Assembly: GCF_963676685.1 (NCBI RefSeq)
Contig: NC_092345.1
Location: forward strand, 106,144,001 to 106,208,000
Length of the DNA stretch: 64,000 bases
Reading direction: 5' to 3'
Origin: Mytilus edulis
Lineage: Eukaryota
In this document: positions 1 to 12,800 of the stretch, in pieces
Numbering within the stretch: the stretch's first letter is position 1
How the letters are laid out: every line of letters begins with the position of its first letter
Translations under genes and position numbers: made by a program
Notes under the pieces: generated by a model
What the model saw: the letters and a program-made list of their open reading frames with translations, nothing else
The model's database searches: none
Told to the model about the DNA's origin: nothing

Positions 1-923
1 GATCCAAGTCACAACATGCAACATGTAAAAGTAAAACGATGCAAAGTACGGCCTTCAACACGGAGCCTTGGTTCAAACAAAACAGCAAGCTCTAACGGTC
101 CACCAAAATGACTTGTGAAAACCCATTCAAACATGAAAACGTAGGAATAGAGAGTAGAAAAGGGTAGGTATAAGTCAATCAAAGAGCAACAACACGACAC
201 CATTTTGCATTCAAAAACAAAAATACGTTCATCATAATTGACAAACAAATCAAATATTTACAAGATGACAAACTAGTCTACGGATTCATATCTCTAAATT
301 CATATAAAAGACACGAAAAGTATAAAAAAGAATGAGGTACTTCCTGATTGGAATACTGGGTAGTTTCAACATGTAGCATGGTTAATCAAGTGCTTAGTAC
401 TTTACTCCTCCTTGTAATCATTATATTATATCAAAACTGATCAAGGAAAAAGAAAGTGCTAACGACTTAAAGGCATTAAAACTATAATATATAAATTGAT
501 AAACTAATATAATTAAAAATGGAAATAAGGAATGTGTCAACGAGACAAAAACCCGATCAAAGAGAATAATACAGCCGAAATAAGGGCATAAGTAGTATAC
601 CGCTGTTCAAAACAAATAAATCCATGGACAAAAAAAAAATCGGGGTGACAAACTAAAACTGAAGGAAACGCATTAAAAATAAGAGGAGAACAACGACACA
701 ACATTAAAATGTAACACACACAGAATCGGACTAAGCATTAGACAAAATCCTATGAGAATAACAAATATAACATCAAACCAAATACATGTCACCAATGGAT
801 CTTCAACACAGTGAGAAAAACCCAAACACAATGTGTACTAGTTCCGTGAAAATGAACTTCACACCAAACTCTGAAACCTTTAAATTAACTAAACTATAAA
901 GATAAGGTGACCTTTTTCTTTAC

Positions 924-1163
924 CTCGTATGGCGGTGGTGCTTCGTTTGATGAAGGTTGATGTTGTTCTTGTGAATTCTGCTGAGGAGGTGGTGGTTGTT
1001 CTTGCGTATTTTGCTGAGGAGGGGGTGATTGATGTTGCGTATTTTGCTGAGAAGGTGTTGGTTGTTGGCTCCTTATATGTGGTTCACTCCTAACATTTTG
1101 TTGCCCATGCTGTCCAAGTGATGCATACTGGGTTCCACCATCAGAGGAAGCAGCACAACCCAT
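924..1163 (-). CDS. First coding exon of a calpain-like paralog (rest of gene lies beyond the left edge of the window)
   Basis: ORF MGCAASSDGGTQYASLGQHG... is nearly identical to the N-terminus MGCAPSSDTGTQYASLGHHG of the complete calpain at 20350. It has a Gln/Pro-rich body and ends at a phase-0 donor GAG|GTAAAG (GT at 923-922), the same phase as exon 1 of the paralog. The calpain identity is inferred from this paralogy only. Confidence 0.75.
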
Positions 1164-1282
1164 GATAATTCCCTATTATTTTATTTATTTTCTACAATTT
1201 AAAAGACACTACCTTTAAATTCATGATAGTTTTATTTGATTGTTGTTGACATTTGAATGATTTGAAGTGATCGCAAATGAAC

Positions 1283-1402
1283 GCGACTACACAGTGTACA
1301 AATTATAGCGACTACACAGTGTACACATTATAGCGACTACACAGTGTACAAATTATAGCGACTACACAGTGTACAAATTATAGCGACTACACAGTGTACA
1401 AA
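1283..1402. repeat. 25-bp minisatellite x5
   Basis: GCGACTACACAGTGTACAAATTATA starts at 1283, 1308, 1333, 1358 and 1383. Confidence 0.9.
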
Positions 1403-4400
1403 CAACACTTGAAATCAAACTCCAAACAACTATTCAAGGGTTATCATAGGTCTACAAATCAAGTCTATCAAATTATCTTAATACAAGTAATTAAGAGTCA
1501 GTGAAACAATTACCACTCCACACATGAGAACATAAAAAAAGGATTATTTATCCAATGGATAACTATACAAAGAGGGCACATATTATGATCAAAAAGATTC
1601 AACAAAGCTACATGTTCAATCTTGAAACGCAGAACCCGAGCTCGAAAATGAAAACGAAATTGGAAAATAAAACATATGTTAGAAAAATATGAATACTACA
1701 TGTGTCCATCCATTTATAGCATATATTTTTTGAAATTTGAGTTGAACTAGCTATCAGTGACTTCGAATAAGTAAGTCAGTAGTAAAATATCACACAATAT
1801 CTACTGTTTTGGAGACGAAAACTATTTTCAAAAAACCTATAAAACCAAAGTTCCAGAAAAGGGGTGTTCCTTTTGTCATTTAGTTATTTCTATATAAAAC
1901 CATAGGTATCAAAAATAGGCGTTCCTTACATGTTTCTATATATACCAGACTAATATCAATTTCAACGATCTTTCTCTTTAACAATCAAATCATTATAGTA
2001 TTGTCAATTAAGTCTGTAACCAATACATTATTAGTATCAAAACAAACCGGTACATGTCTACTGAAAATAACAAGATAGTCTCGGGAGTTGGTAAGGGTCT
2101 AATTGGACAACTCTCGCATTTAGTAATGTAAATCTAGTTTCATTTCTTAATTATGTTAGTTACTACATCACAGAGAAATTGTTCCATAGTTGATAGGGAC
2201 TTAATTTGACTACATAATCGTGTTCTTTTCAGTTTTGTATTTTTTGTGAATTGTTTTTTTTTTCTTTCAAAAAGAAGGTTCCTAATTAAAAGAGATGCTG
2301 TCGGCGGGATATTATTATGAAAAGGTACCAGTTGTTACGTCAAACTCTGTTTGTCTTTTGTTCGATATACGGGGTCGTTTTGCTACTTAAAGTTATCTAT
2401 AGTCTTTCATAAAACTTATCGAAAAGTGTGAGAGTACTTTGTGTATTTAGTTTTTGTAAAAGTTACTTTTTGTGCGTCTTGCCAATCTAACAAGTCGAGC
2501 CATTTTGTACTGCTATTTTTTACAGTTTGTTATAATATTCTGCCGTTACTTTACGGATAAATATTTTTTTTGTTTCTGAGCTGTTAATGTCTTAAACCAT
2601 CTTTCAATAACTTAGAGTCATTTCAGACCTGCACTTTGTCTTAATCGTGTTTTTGTGAGTTATATTTTTGTTTTGTATCATCTGATGTGTTAAACCCGTT
2701 TCAACTCACTTTTATAGGTTATACTGATGTTATACTTTTACACCACTGTCCCAGTTTCAGCGAGGGTTGAGTGAGCTCATCGACATGTTTAACCCGACAC
2801 ATTATGTATGTGTATGTGGTTGTGAACCATCATCCTATTTATTTGTTTTCAGTTTTATTGTTTTTCGTAAATCAAACCGTTGATGTTTTCGTTTGAATTG
2901 TTTCACGTTTTGTCAAATCGGGTCCTTTATAGCTAACTATACAATATGGGGTTTGGTAATTGTTAAGATGTGCCATACGGTAACATCAAAGTTTTTAAAT
3001 GCGTTTTATTTTGACTATGTTGTATCTCATTATGTGTGAGAATAACCAGGAGATATGTCAAACAGTACTAGATTGTTAAGAGTTTGATATTGCTATGCGC
3101 TACTTTCGTAATTAGCTATAAAAACACATTAGGAAGTGTTCTTGTAATTGATGTGATGTAATTACCGAGAGAAACTAACACACTGAAAACAGATGAACAC
3201 TACATAGGATCATTGCATATGTATACATATAGATCTCCTACCTTAAAATGTGTAAAGTATCACAATATTATAAAAAAAAAACCTATTGATATCCATACAT
3301 ACATTATATAATCCTGTATGATGTTTTTAGTGAATCCACTGCCGTTATATTCAATGAACCTTATCTCGTAATCAATAAAAACCACAGCTTTATTTCAATA
3401 AAATCATTGACCATAAACTATTTACATATGCCGCTAAGCAACAACATAAACTTTATCAATCAAAGATATTTACTTTTTACTTGTTCATTTTAAATTTTGT
3501 TTGGAAATTTATCGGTTATTTAAAAACGAAGACGCAATCGAAAAGCGTTCAATGATTGGAGTCTTTTAAAGGGACGATCTACGTAACTCTGACATTGATA
3601 CGTATGGTTGTTTAATTCTATAAATAAATTTTAAAAATCGTGATTCAATTATGTTTAGATTATCCTAATGACGTATTTAAGAATTGGAATGTGACATTGC
3701 GATATCTATAGAAATCGCACTTAATCTACTCTTTGTAATAGTGATTACTGGAATACATTGACGTACAATTAAAGGCACTTAAATCTAATATATCCTATTG
3801 TAAAAGACCACAGAAATATTAAAAAGCAAACCATTTTTTCATTATATCAAATTAAAAATGCTCGACCTTAAGAAAAATTGGTACCCTTAAATGTTAAACT
3901 GACATCAAGCTTAATTTTAAATATTAGTCTACTGGTCTACATTCTAATATCAACAGATCTACTTCAGAGTGCATATAAATGCCATCATACATTCTCACTT
4001 CAGAGTAGATTTTATCGCCGTTATACATTCTCCAATCAACAGTTCTACTTCAGAGTAAATACTATTGTCGTCATACAGTATACAGCTATAGTGCAGAGTA
4101 ACTTGTGAGAAAACTATACGCACTACTATTTTTTTTAAATCTAAAATTGATATTTTGTTTAAATTTTATGTTCTTTAAACACTGAAGATGATTTTTGAAA
4201 CGCCTTTCGACTTAATCTGCTCGCAGTTAATGTTATAATTCTTCAACTAAAAAGACCAATCAAGGGTTTTTGTACGAATGGCACTTACCCGTTTAAATTA
4301 TGTAAGATTTGATAATAGTAACATGGATTTAAATAGAAGACTACTAATTACCAGATTAGGGATTAGGTCAGTTAGATAGTCTGAGAACATTGTTCTCTGA

Positions 4401-6845
4401 TATTTATTATGTGTTACAATTAAAATGTGTTTAAGATGCTATAGGATTTAAAACTACTAATTTACAATACAGAATTAATTGATAGTTTTGTCATTTCGTA
4501 TGATTGATTTTGTAAAACTTAACAATTAAGAACGTAAACTGTTGATGGAGAGGTCTTACATGTGCTATTTAGGGAAATTAATCATTCTGATTCATCAATA
4601 CAAAATATTTGCAAGAATTAAGAAGTTTCGTTTGGTCTTTATGACTTTAAGCGACAAAGCGCGATTAATATCCTATCGGATAAAAGATCGGCTTAAGAAA
4701 CCGAATAACTTTCAAAGTCATTAGTCGATAATAAACTCACAACACCATCGCAAAAAAAAAAAGAAAAAAGAACAAAAAAAAATATACAAAACACAACATA
4801 AAAACTAAAGGTTTAGTAACACAAACACCACCAAAACTAGGTAGGATCTCCAAGTGATCCGGATTGGTAGACATATCCTACTCCGTATTTTGCACTCATC
4901 GTATTACTCATGCAAGTACAAACCCGATGGTGAGAATAACTCGACAGTTTATGTTTAGGGAAAAGAATGGCGGAATTGTTGTTACTATCCGTCGTCATCT
5001 GTAAACAGATCTTCGGTAACGGTCAACCAACTTATACTGGCCTTAAAATTAGCAAAGGGATGATTTCAACTTCACCACTTGCAACACCTGAGATCACCCC
5101 CAGTTTTTTTTAGGGGAGGGGAGGCTTGTTCTATTATTTGTCTGTTTGTCTTTTACCTTTTTGGCTATGGCTTTGTCAGTTTATTTTTTTTTAGTTTGAA
5201 TGTCCCCCTGGTATCTTTAGCCCTTCTTTTATAAGCTGAAAGTTATATCCAAATGAACCACAGTAGTTTTAGATCGAGCTACTTTCCAAAACAACAAAAA
5301 CAAATAATCTTGTAAAGCCTATGTAACAGTAGTTTTTCATAAATTTCACAACTGGTGTCATCCGATTGGATTCACCTATGGTAAATCGTAGACATTTCAC
5401 GTACCTGCAACGTGTATACAAATAAAATTAAGATGATTATCCAAATTCATTATTAGTTGCCTGTCTTTTGAATCGTGTTTTATTGAAGTGTCACATGAAA
5501 CACATTATAGAGGAACCAGAGTTGTATTTTATAAGTATCAGCCACAATTGTTGCTGCATTCTTTGATCAGGTATGCAGATTCAGTAGCTGTTCTCGCATG
5601 CAACTTCTTCAAGTTTTTAATTGAATCGTGTCAAGATGTATAATTGCTTCTGATTATATGTGTTTGTGGGTTAATTTGTATTGTGCAATCCAGTACTCAA
5701 GGACTATAGAGTTCTCCGTGTGTATATATGGAGTTTATTCTCCCGTATGTCTGCTCTTATTAGACAGAGATGTGTAATATTTATAGAGTTGTTATCTTAA
5801 GTCCATCTGTAAATATTGTTTTGTATTTTATTTAGGATGACTGCCTCAGTCTTTGTAGAATTCATAGTTACTCTAGACTGTTTGACATGAAGATTGGTTA
5901 CTTGGAGCATGGGATATAGTAGTGGTAGATAAATGAAAGGTTTTAATAAGGATTTTCATATCCCAGGCATATATTACTTTAGCCGTATTTTGCACATCGT
6001 TTTGGAATTTTGGGTCATCAATGCTCTTCAATTTTGTTTATGTTTGGCTTTATAACTATTTTGATCTGAGCGTCGCTGGTGAGTCTTATGTAGACGAAAC
6101 GCGCGTCTGACGTATCAAATTATTAGCCTGGTACCTTTGATAACTATTATTATACGTGCTAAATTGTAAAAGTTTGTGATAAAAGATTTGAAATAATCCA
6201 CATCTGATTGACACCACTGGTTTAAAATTCCCCATCGCAGGCCATCTTCTACTGTGCAACAAATGGTGGTAAGAACCTTCGAACGATGTTTATTCGAACA
6301 TATGGTCCACTATATATAATGTTCTTTATAAGGATTGTTGTAAAAACTAAGGTATTTAGTATACAGATAGGAAAATCTCAGGGTTTGTTTTTTGTAAATA
6401 CCTAAAAGAAATAGGGTGGATTTTTGATTTTCTAAATCGTCTCTTTCGTGAATTTTGTGGCAGTATATGTAGGATTCCAAATTTTGCTGTGAATTCCAAT
6501 TTCTTCAGTTAAGACTGAAGAATCAAACTAATGATGAATCAGATAATCCGATGTAATATACAGCAAAAGCTGTTTCCAAATATGAAATCTTTTTTCTTCT
6601 GTCAGGAGACGGGAACAGTTTGGTTGTTTATTATCGTCTGCTTCGGGTTTGTTTTATTTATGATTTAAATGTTTTAAGACTTTTAATTATAACTGAATTC
6701 AAAATGCATAACAAATTCGACTAACAAGAAATAAATATTTTAGTAATACTGATAACAAGAGTGTATACAAAATAAGGTATGAAATCAACAAAAATAATTG
6801 TCTCTGAAAATGAATATCACAGTTTGTCTCGTAGCTTTGTTGTGG

Positions 6846-9800
6846 TTATAAATTACTGGATCTGTAACAGAGAAAAAAAGAAAGGTTTAATAAATGTATA
6901 AAAAGAGCAGTTGTGTTATAAATATGGTTATAATAACTCTAAGTGAAGTCAGGCAGTGTGACACGAATAACAAAACAATATTTAGGAAACAATTAATTTC
7001 AGCAATTTTCGAAGAAAACAGCGATTATAAATCGTCGCAAAAAATGTCAAACTTAGAACTCCTGTTATATTAATTGATAACCAAAGTTTATGAAAAATTA
7101 TGATTTTGCAAAGTAAGCTAGAATATGTTAAACCATAAAATGTTGGTTTACAAAATTTCGTAATACTTACTCTATTTCAACCGGTCTTTCTGAATATATT
7201 GCAACTGCAAAATCATTTTGATCTTCCGGCCCATTAGCATGTATAAGCAGTACGTATGTTCCAGGTTGTAACTTATATCCACAATCCACACTGCTTCCGT
7301 ATGAGAATGGTCCATCATTTCCACTCATATCACGTACTGCATTGTTGTAATTCTGAGCAAACCAGTTATAATCTGACTGAAAACTACTTCTGTCAGTCTG
7401 AAATACGATATATATGTGTATAAAACTAGATATCATAAAATAAACAATCTGAAAGGGTGCAGCGCGGCAATGAAAATAATAACCTATGTAATATAGCTTA
7501 TTATTAAATACAAAAAAAGATTCCAAACAAGAGTATAATTAAGACCATAGTTTGTTTAATGCTGATACTTATTCTCCAGTTTTATCCAGTAAACTTACAG
7601 CCTGGTGTTTACTTCCATGAGCAACATGATGAGTGTCACAGGACAGGATATACTTACCTTTCCGGAGCACTTGAGATTACCCCTAAGTTTTTATGTAGGG
7701 TTCGCACTGCGCAGTCTTAAGGTTTCTATGCTGAGTTTTGTATACTGGTGTTTGTCTTTTGGTCTTTTTTTGTTTTTTTCCCATGGCGCTGTCAGTTTAT
7801 TTTCGACTTTGACCTTGAATTACCCTTTGATATTTGTTGCCTCTCCTATATCGTATCATGTCCGTATTATTGATCATTTTTTAAACGGACAACATTCTTT
7901 AAAAATTTTTTTATAAAACACTGGATACATTTCTATATGACTGATTACGTTTCTCTCGATTTTGGTTTGTAAACCGGATTTGTTTTCTCTCAATCGTTTT
8001 TTTGACTTTTGAACACGGGTATGCTCTGCTGCCTTTATTTGTTTTCTCTTAATCGATTAAAGACTTTATATCACTTTTTGCTACTGCTGTCTTTATTTGT
8101 TTTCTCTCAATCGATTGGTGACTTTTGAACACTGTTTGCTACTGCTGCCTTTATTTAGCTGGTATAAACGTTCTTACCTCAAACAGTTTTATTCCAATAG
8201 GGAAACCATTCTTCTGATCTGGCTGCATAACTTCCACTTTTACACTTTGTGCTGAAATAACATTGTATCATTTAAATTCAAGAAGACGGTAATCACATGG
8301 TTACTTGTATAGGAAAACTTATATTTCAAATGCTATTCTACGGCCTCCGATGGTGAACAAGAGCTCACGTGTTTATCGTAGACAAAGTAACGACATTCAT
8401 GTCATCACTCAAACATATCCGACAATACACAGTAAATGGTTAACCAATCTAATCAACTCAATAACATGGAGAGGTATACGGAAGATATATGGAGAGAGAG
8501 AGAGTCAACAGTAGTTATCAAAGGTACCAGGATTATAATTTAGTACGCCAGACGCGCGTTTCGTCTACATAAGACTCATCAGTGACGTTCATATCAAAAT
8601 ATTTATAAAGCCAAAACAAGTATAAAATTGAAGAGCATTGAGGATCCAAAATTCCAAAACGTTGTGCCAAATACGGCTAAGGTAATCTATGCCTGGGATA
8701 AGAAAATCCTTAGTTTTTCGAAAAATTCAAACTTAGGTAAACAGGAAATTTAAGTAATTATGGTACAGTCAATTTGTTATTATTCATGATAATATGCGAT
8801 GAATTTAGCCACAAGAATGTAAGAAGAATTTGAATTTATGAATATTATACATACGCTCATTAATTGTAATAAAGATTAAACATACGCTCATTAATTGTAA
8901 TAAATATTAAACATACGCTCATTAATTGTAATAAATATTAAACATACGCTCATTAATTGTAATAAAGAACTGTGGATTTGTTGCAAAAGTATCACGGCAT
9001 GAAATCTGTCCTCCAGCATTGCGTCCGCTCACAAACTTTCCAGTAATACATTGTGAACAACCTGAAAGTAAAAACGGTCATCTAACTAATGTTTCAAATC
9101 TTATATTAATTAGGACAATGTATACCATTCGAGATAAACATTTAAAGGTATAAAATGATTATGTATTTTGCCACTTTCTCAGTGAGTAGTAATAATGTGA
9201 ATATCAAAAGCAAATTATACAGTCCTACTCACAGCCCTCAAATTGATATTTTTTTTACATAACTACTGCTTTAGATAAAAACAACATAAAACATAAGTAA
9301 CTGTCAACACTCATTAAATGAAATTTGTCAAATTTGTACTTTTATCAGTAAAATTCACATAACACAGGTTGGGTCGGTTCAAATATCTTGCTAGATTCAG
9401 GGATAATTTTTGCATCCTTTGTTATAAAACGGGTGTACACATAAATAGCAATATAAATAAATAAATTGTTTTTGTGCAGAATATCAAATATATTATCAGG
9501 TGCATATATAATTAAGGTAATATATACAGCAATGTTGATTCAAGTATGCAAGCCCTGAAAATGTAATAAAACATTCTTTATCTCACCTAACTGTAAGACA
9601 CTTCCATCAACCTCCAAGTCGGGTCCCTTTCCTGTCATTACTGTAGTACTGTCTTGTATTTCACTGAAATATGTCTTGGTATTATTCACATTGTATTAAA
9701 TCAAGCATGTTAATTAAACATGTTAGCTCTCACAACTCGCTCCGAATCAGACAGTTTGAGCTGAACATTGAAATATATTTCCCCTTTCTATATGACAAAT

Positions 9801-12800
9801 TATTCTAGCGATCTTATTCAAAACAATATTGACTTACGTCAGTTGATCAAGTTTGGTGAAATGTTTGGTTTATATCCCCGATGTCATGTTATAACTCAGT
9901 GTGCTCGAACTTAACGCAGCTAGATAGAAACTCACGAAACTACGATGTCATATACTACAGAGTTTTCCATCATCATCTTGGTGATACAATTCCTTTTCTC
10001 AATTGACTTTCTTTCTCAATTTTTTAAATAGTATTATATAACATAACTTAAATGCATGTGAACATTAAATTTGACGCCGACATTTGAAGTCTTGTAAAAC
10101 TGAATGTGAATGAATTAAGCACATAAACACTTACAAAGGATTCGTCAATGGTCCAGCCGTGAAAAATCGAATCAAAAACTCTTTCAGTACTCTTGGATCT
10201 TTGTCACAACTATCCATAGTAGAAGGTACCGCCACGTATTTACCAGGTTTCACATTAAATCTGTAGCACGAACTAAAGTCTATCAAATACATATTGTTTT
10301 TGTCTCCTAACTCGTCAAGAACAAGTATATCTGAGTCTTCATGTAGAACCTAAAATTATATAAAGTTAAAGAACAGTTCGATTGAAATGTAAAATAAATA
10401 CTCTTAAAATTCGTACTATATTTTACCTTATAACTTTTTTATTCGAATGTCCCTGATTTAGGTCTTTTATAGACAAAACGAGTCTTTGACATATTTGTTT
10501 TATCCTGGTATCTATGTCAAATACCCAAACGTCTGGAGTATATCTGTTGCAAAGAATATTTAGCTTGAATTTTGAACAGCGGTATACTACTATTGCCTTT
10601 ATTTGTAATTTTGAATCCAGCACAGAGAAGGAAGATCCAGTTCTTCATCTTTATTAGAATTTTCCAACTGAACATAGAACAGACCTTTTATTGTTTAAGA
10701 TTTCCTTTGATGTAAGTGACGTAGTGATATTTATTGAATTTCTAAGTGAATTGTCAATACCTTATTCCGTTAACAAGTATTTTACGTAATGTGATCGACA
10801 CAAAAACCTGTTTTTCTGGTCTTGAAGAACGGGGACAACAACATGTTTGTCATGGAGGTAGTACATGTTTAAGAAAGAAATGGGTCTTTCCATATAGATA
10901 TATATATAAGAGTTAATAGGCCCATTCAGTTTTTGTATTTCAAATTTGCTTCACCAACCTCACTGCCTTAACCAAATCTGGAAGAGTATCCACGTATTAT
11001 TTTTCTCTATGAGTGCATCGTGGCATAATACTCGACTGATATCAGTAGTTGAGTTTTTCATTTTATAAATTTAGGGTCAAATATTTTACCCATAAACATA
11101 TTTTGTAGAAAAGCCTTGTCCAGGTCACCAGAAATAAAAAGGTCAGTCGGCTTTTAAATGAAGGGGGAACTATCACAAAAAAATGGTGCACAATTTATAT
11201 AAGTTCATCGTAGTGTTTATTTTTAAAATTGTGTGTCCGTTTTCACAAATTAATGTGGTGTTTACTGAATCTCGAGTGAAAATGATACATCCTGTCAAAC
11301 TGTTTCAAAATTTCATTAACTTAACAAAATGATAGCAAAATCTGGTTCTGGAGAAAAGATATTTTGATTAAAAGAACTTACCTTATAGAAATCCACCCTA
11401 ATTCCCACTTTATCATCCTGTCTGTCTGATGTTTTCTGTACTATCTGTACCACAACAGGAACATTACCATCCCTATCTGCCTCTAAGTAAATAGAAATCA
11501 TTGTACTGTTTATACGAATATTACATTATAAATACTGTCAGTCTGTAACAGGAAAATTGCCATCCCTATCAGCCTCTAAGTAAATACAAAATCATTGAAC
11601 TGAGTATACGAATCTTATCTTATTAATACTGGGTCTTCAGTCTGCATACTTCCGTATATTAATTACTAAGGACAGGGCACTTGTTTGCTTCATTAATTAC
11701 TGTGGACAATGCTGGTTATTTTTCTTTCCACATGCTTTGCTTTAACGATTACTGTGAGCTAAGGTTTTGGTTTCAGTCCGCATTTCTTTTTTTGCTATCA
11801 AGATTACTACAGGTAGATCAATATATATGTTGCCTAAAATAGTTGATATTTCACTTCTGATAAACATCAATCACAACTAAACGCAAATATAACTTAGGCT
11901 TCTAGAGACAGATTTGTAATAAAAACGGCTTTACTTAGATGTTTATTTTTTCCTTTGTGTAAAATTGTTATGCAATGGTTAGTCTGAATGAATGAAAGAC
12001 ATCTACAGAACAATTATTTTACAATTCAAAACGTTTTTGTATTTTGTGTACGACTTATTTTCTACTTAATCACAGTAATTGAAATAGTCTTTCAGCCATA
12101 TGTAGATTGTAAGGAATGAAATTTAAATGGTAATCAAAACAACTTGTGACGAAGAAATTGTCTGTTTACATTACGAATATCCTGTTCTAGTATGGATGAT
12201 AAACAAGATAAATTGAAATAGAATTTATAAAAAAGAAAATCAAATTGGTATTTACTATTTAGGGTAAAAAGATTAGTAAGTTTAATCTTTGTTAACTGAC
12301 TTTGTTGTATAAAAGACGCGATCAATTGAATATTAGAATTTGAATTTTTAAAAGAAATATTATGCCTACATATAAGCAAATAAAGAAAAGCTCTTTAACA
12401 TTAAAAATACTTACTTCATTTCTCACTTACTGTTCCTTAAAATTATATGGAATTAAATAATGTTGAACGAACGAGAGGAACGTTTTGATTTTTTACATAT
12501 CTCAGTAAAAAGCTGTTTTTCTAAGTTTGTGTTAGCAATATATTTTATCAACAGATTAAGAAAACAACATATATTTCCGATGAAACTCCTGTCTAAAATG
12601 AATTCAAGGTTTTGTTTAGATATTCCAAGGAAGTTAGTTCAAGCCTTTGAATTGTATTGTATCATAATGTTACTGGCAAATTATCGACAAAGGTACACTG
12701 CTGGTCAAAAATAAAATCATTGGTTTGTATTTTCTAAATTTTTTTTACCCAAAAATAGATCTATGCATCCCTTTTAAATACACTGAATAACAATGTCAGA

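Noticed and set aside
1283-1402. CRISPR-like array or RSS cluster (contains CACAGTG)
   Set aside because: The units are contiguous with no unique spacers and no nonamer at 12/23 spacing, and the context is eukaryotic. It is a plain minisatellite.
11548-11631. Productive alternative acceptor for calpain exon 10 (93-nt, in-frame length)
   Set aside because: The added sequence contains an in-frame TGA (…GTT ACA GAC TGA), so it would be non-productive.
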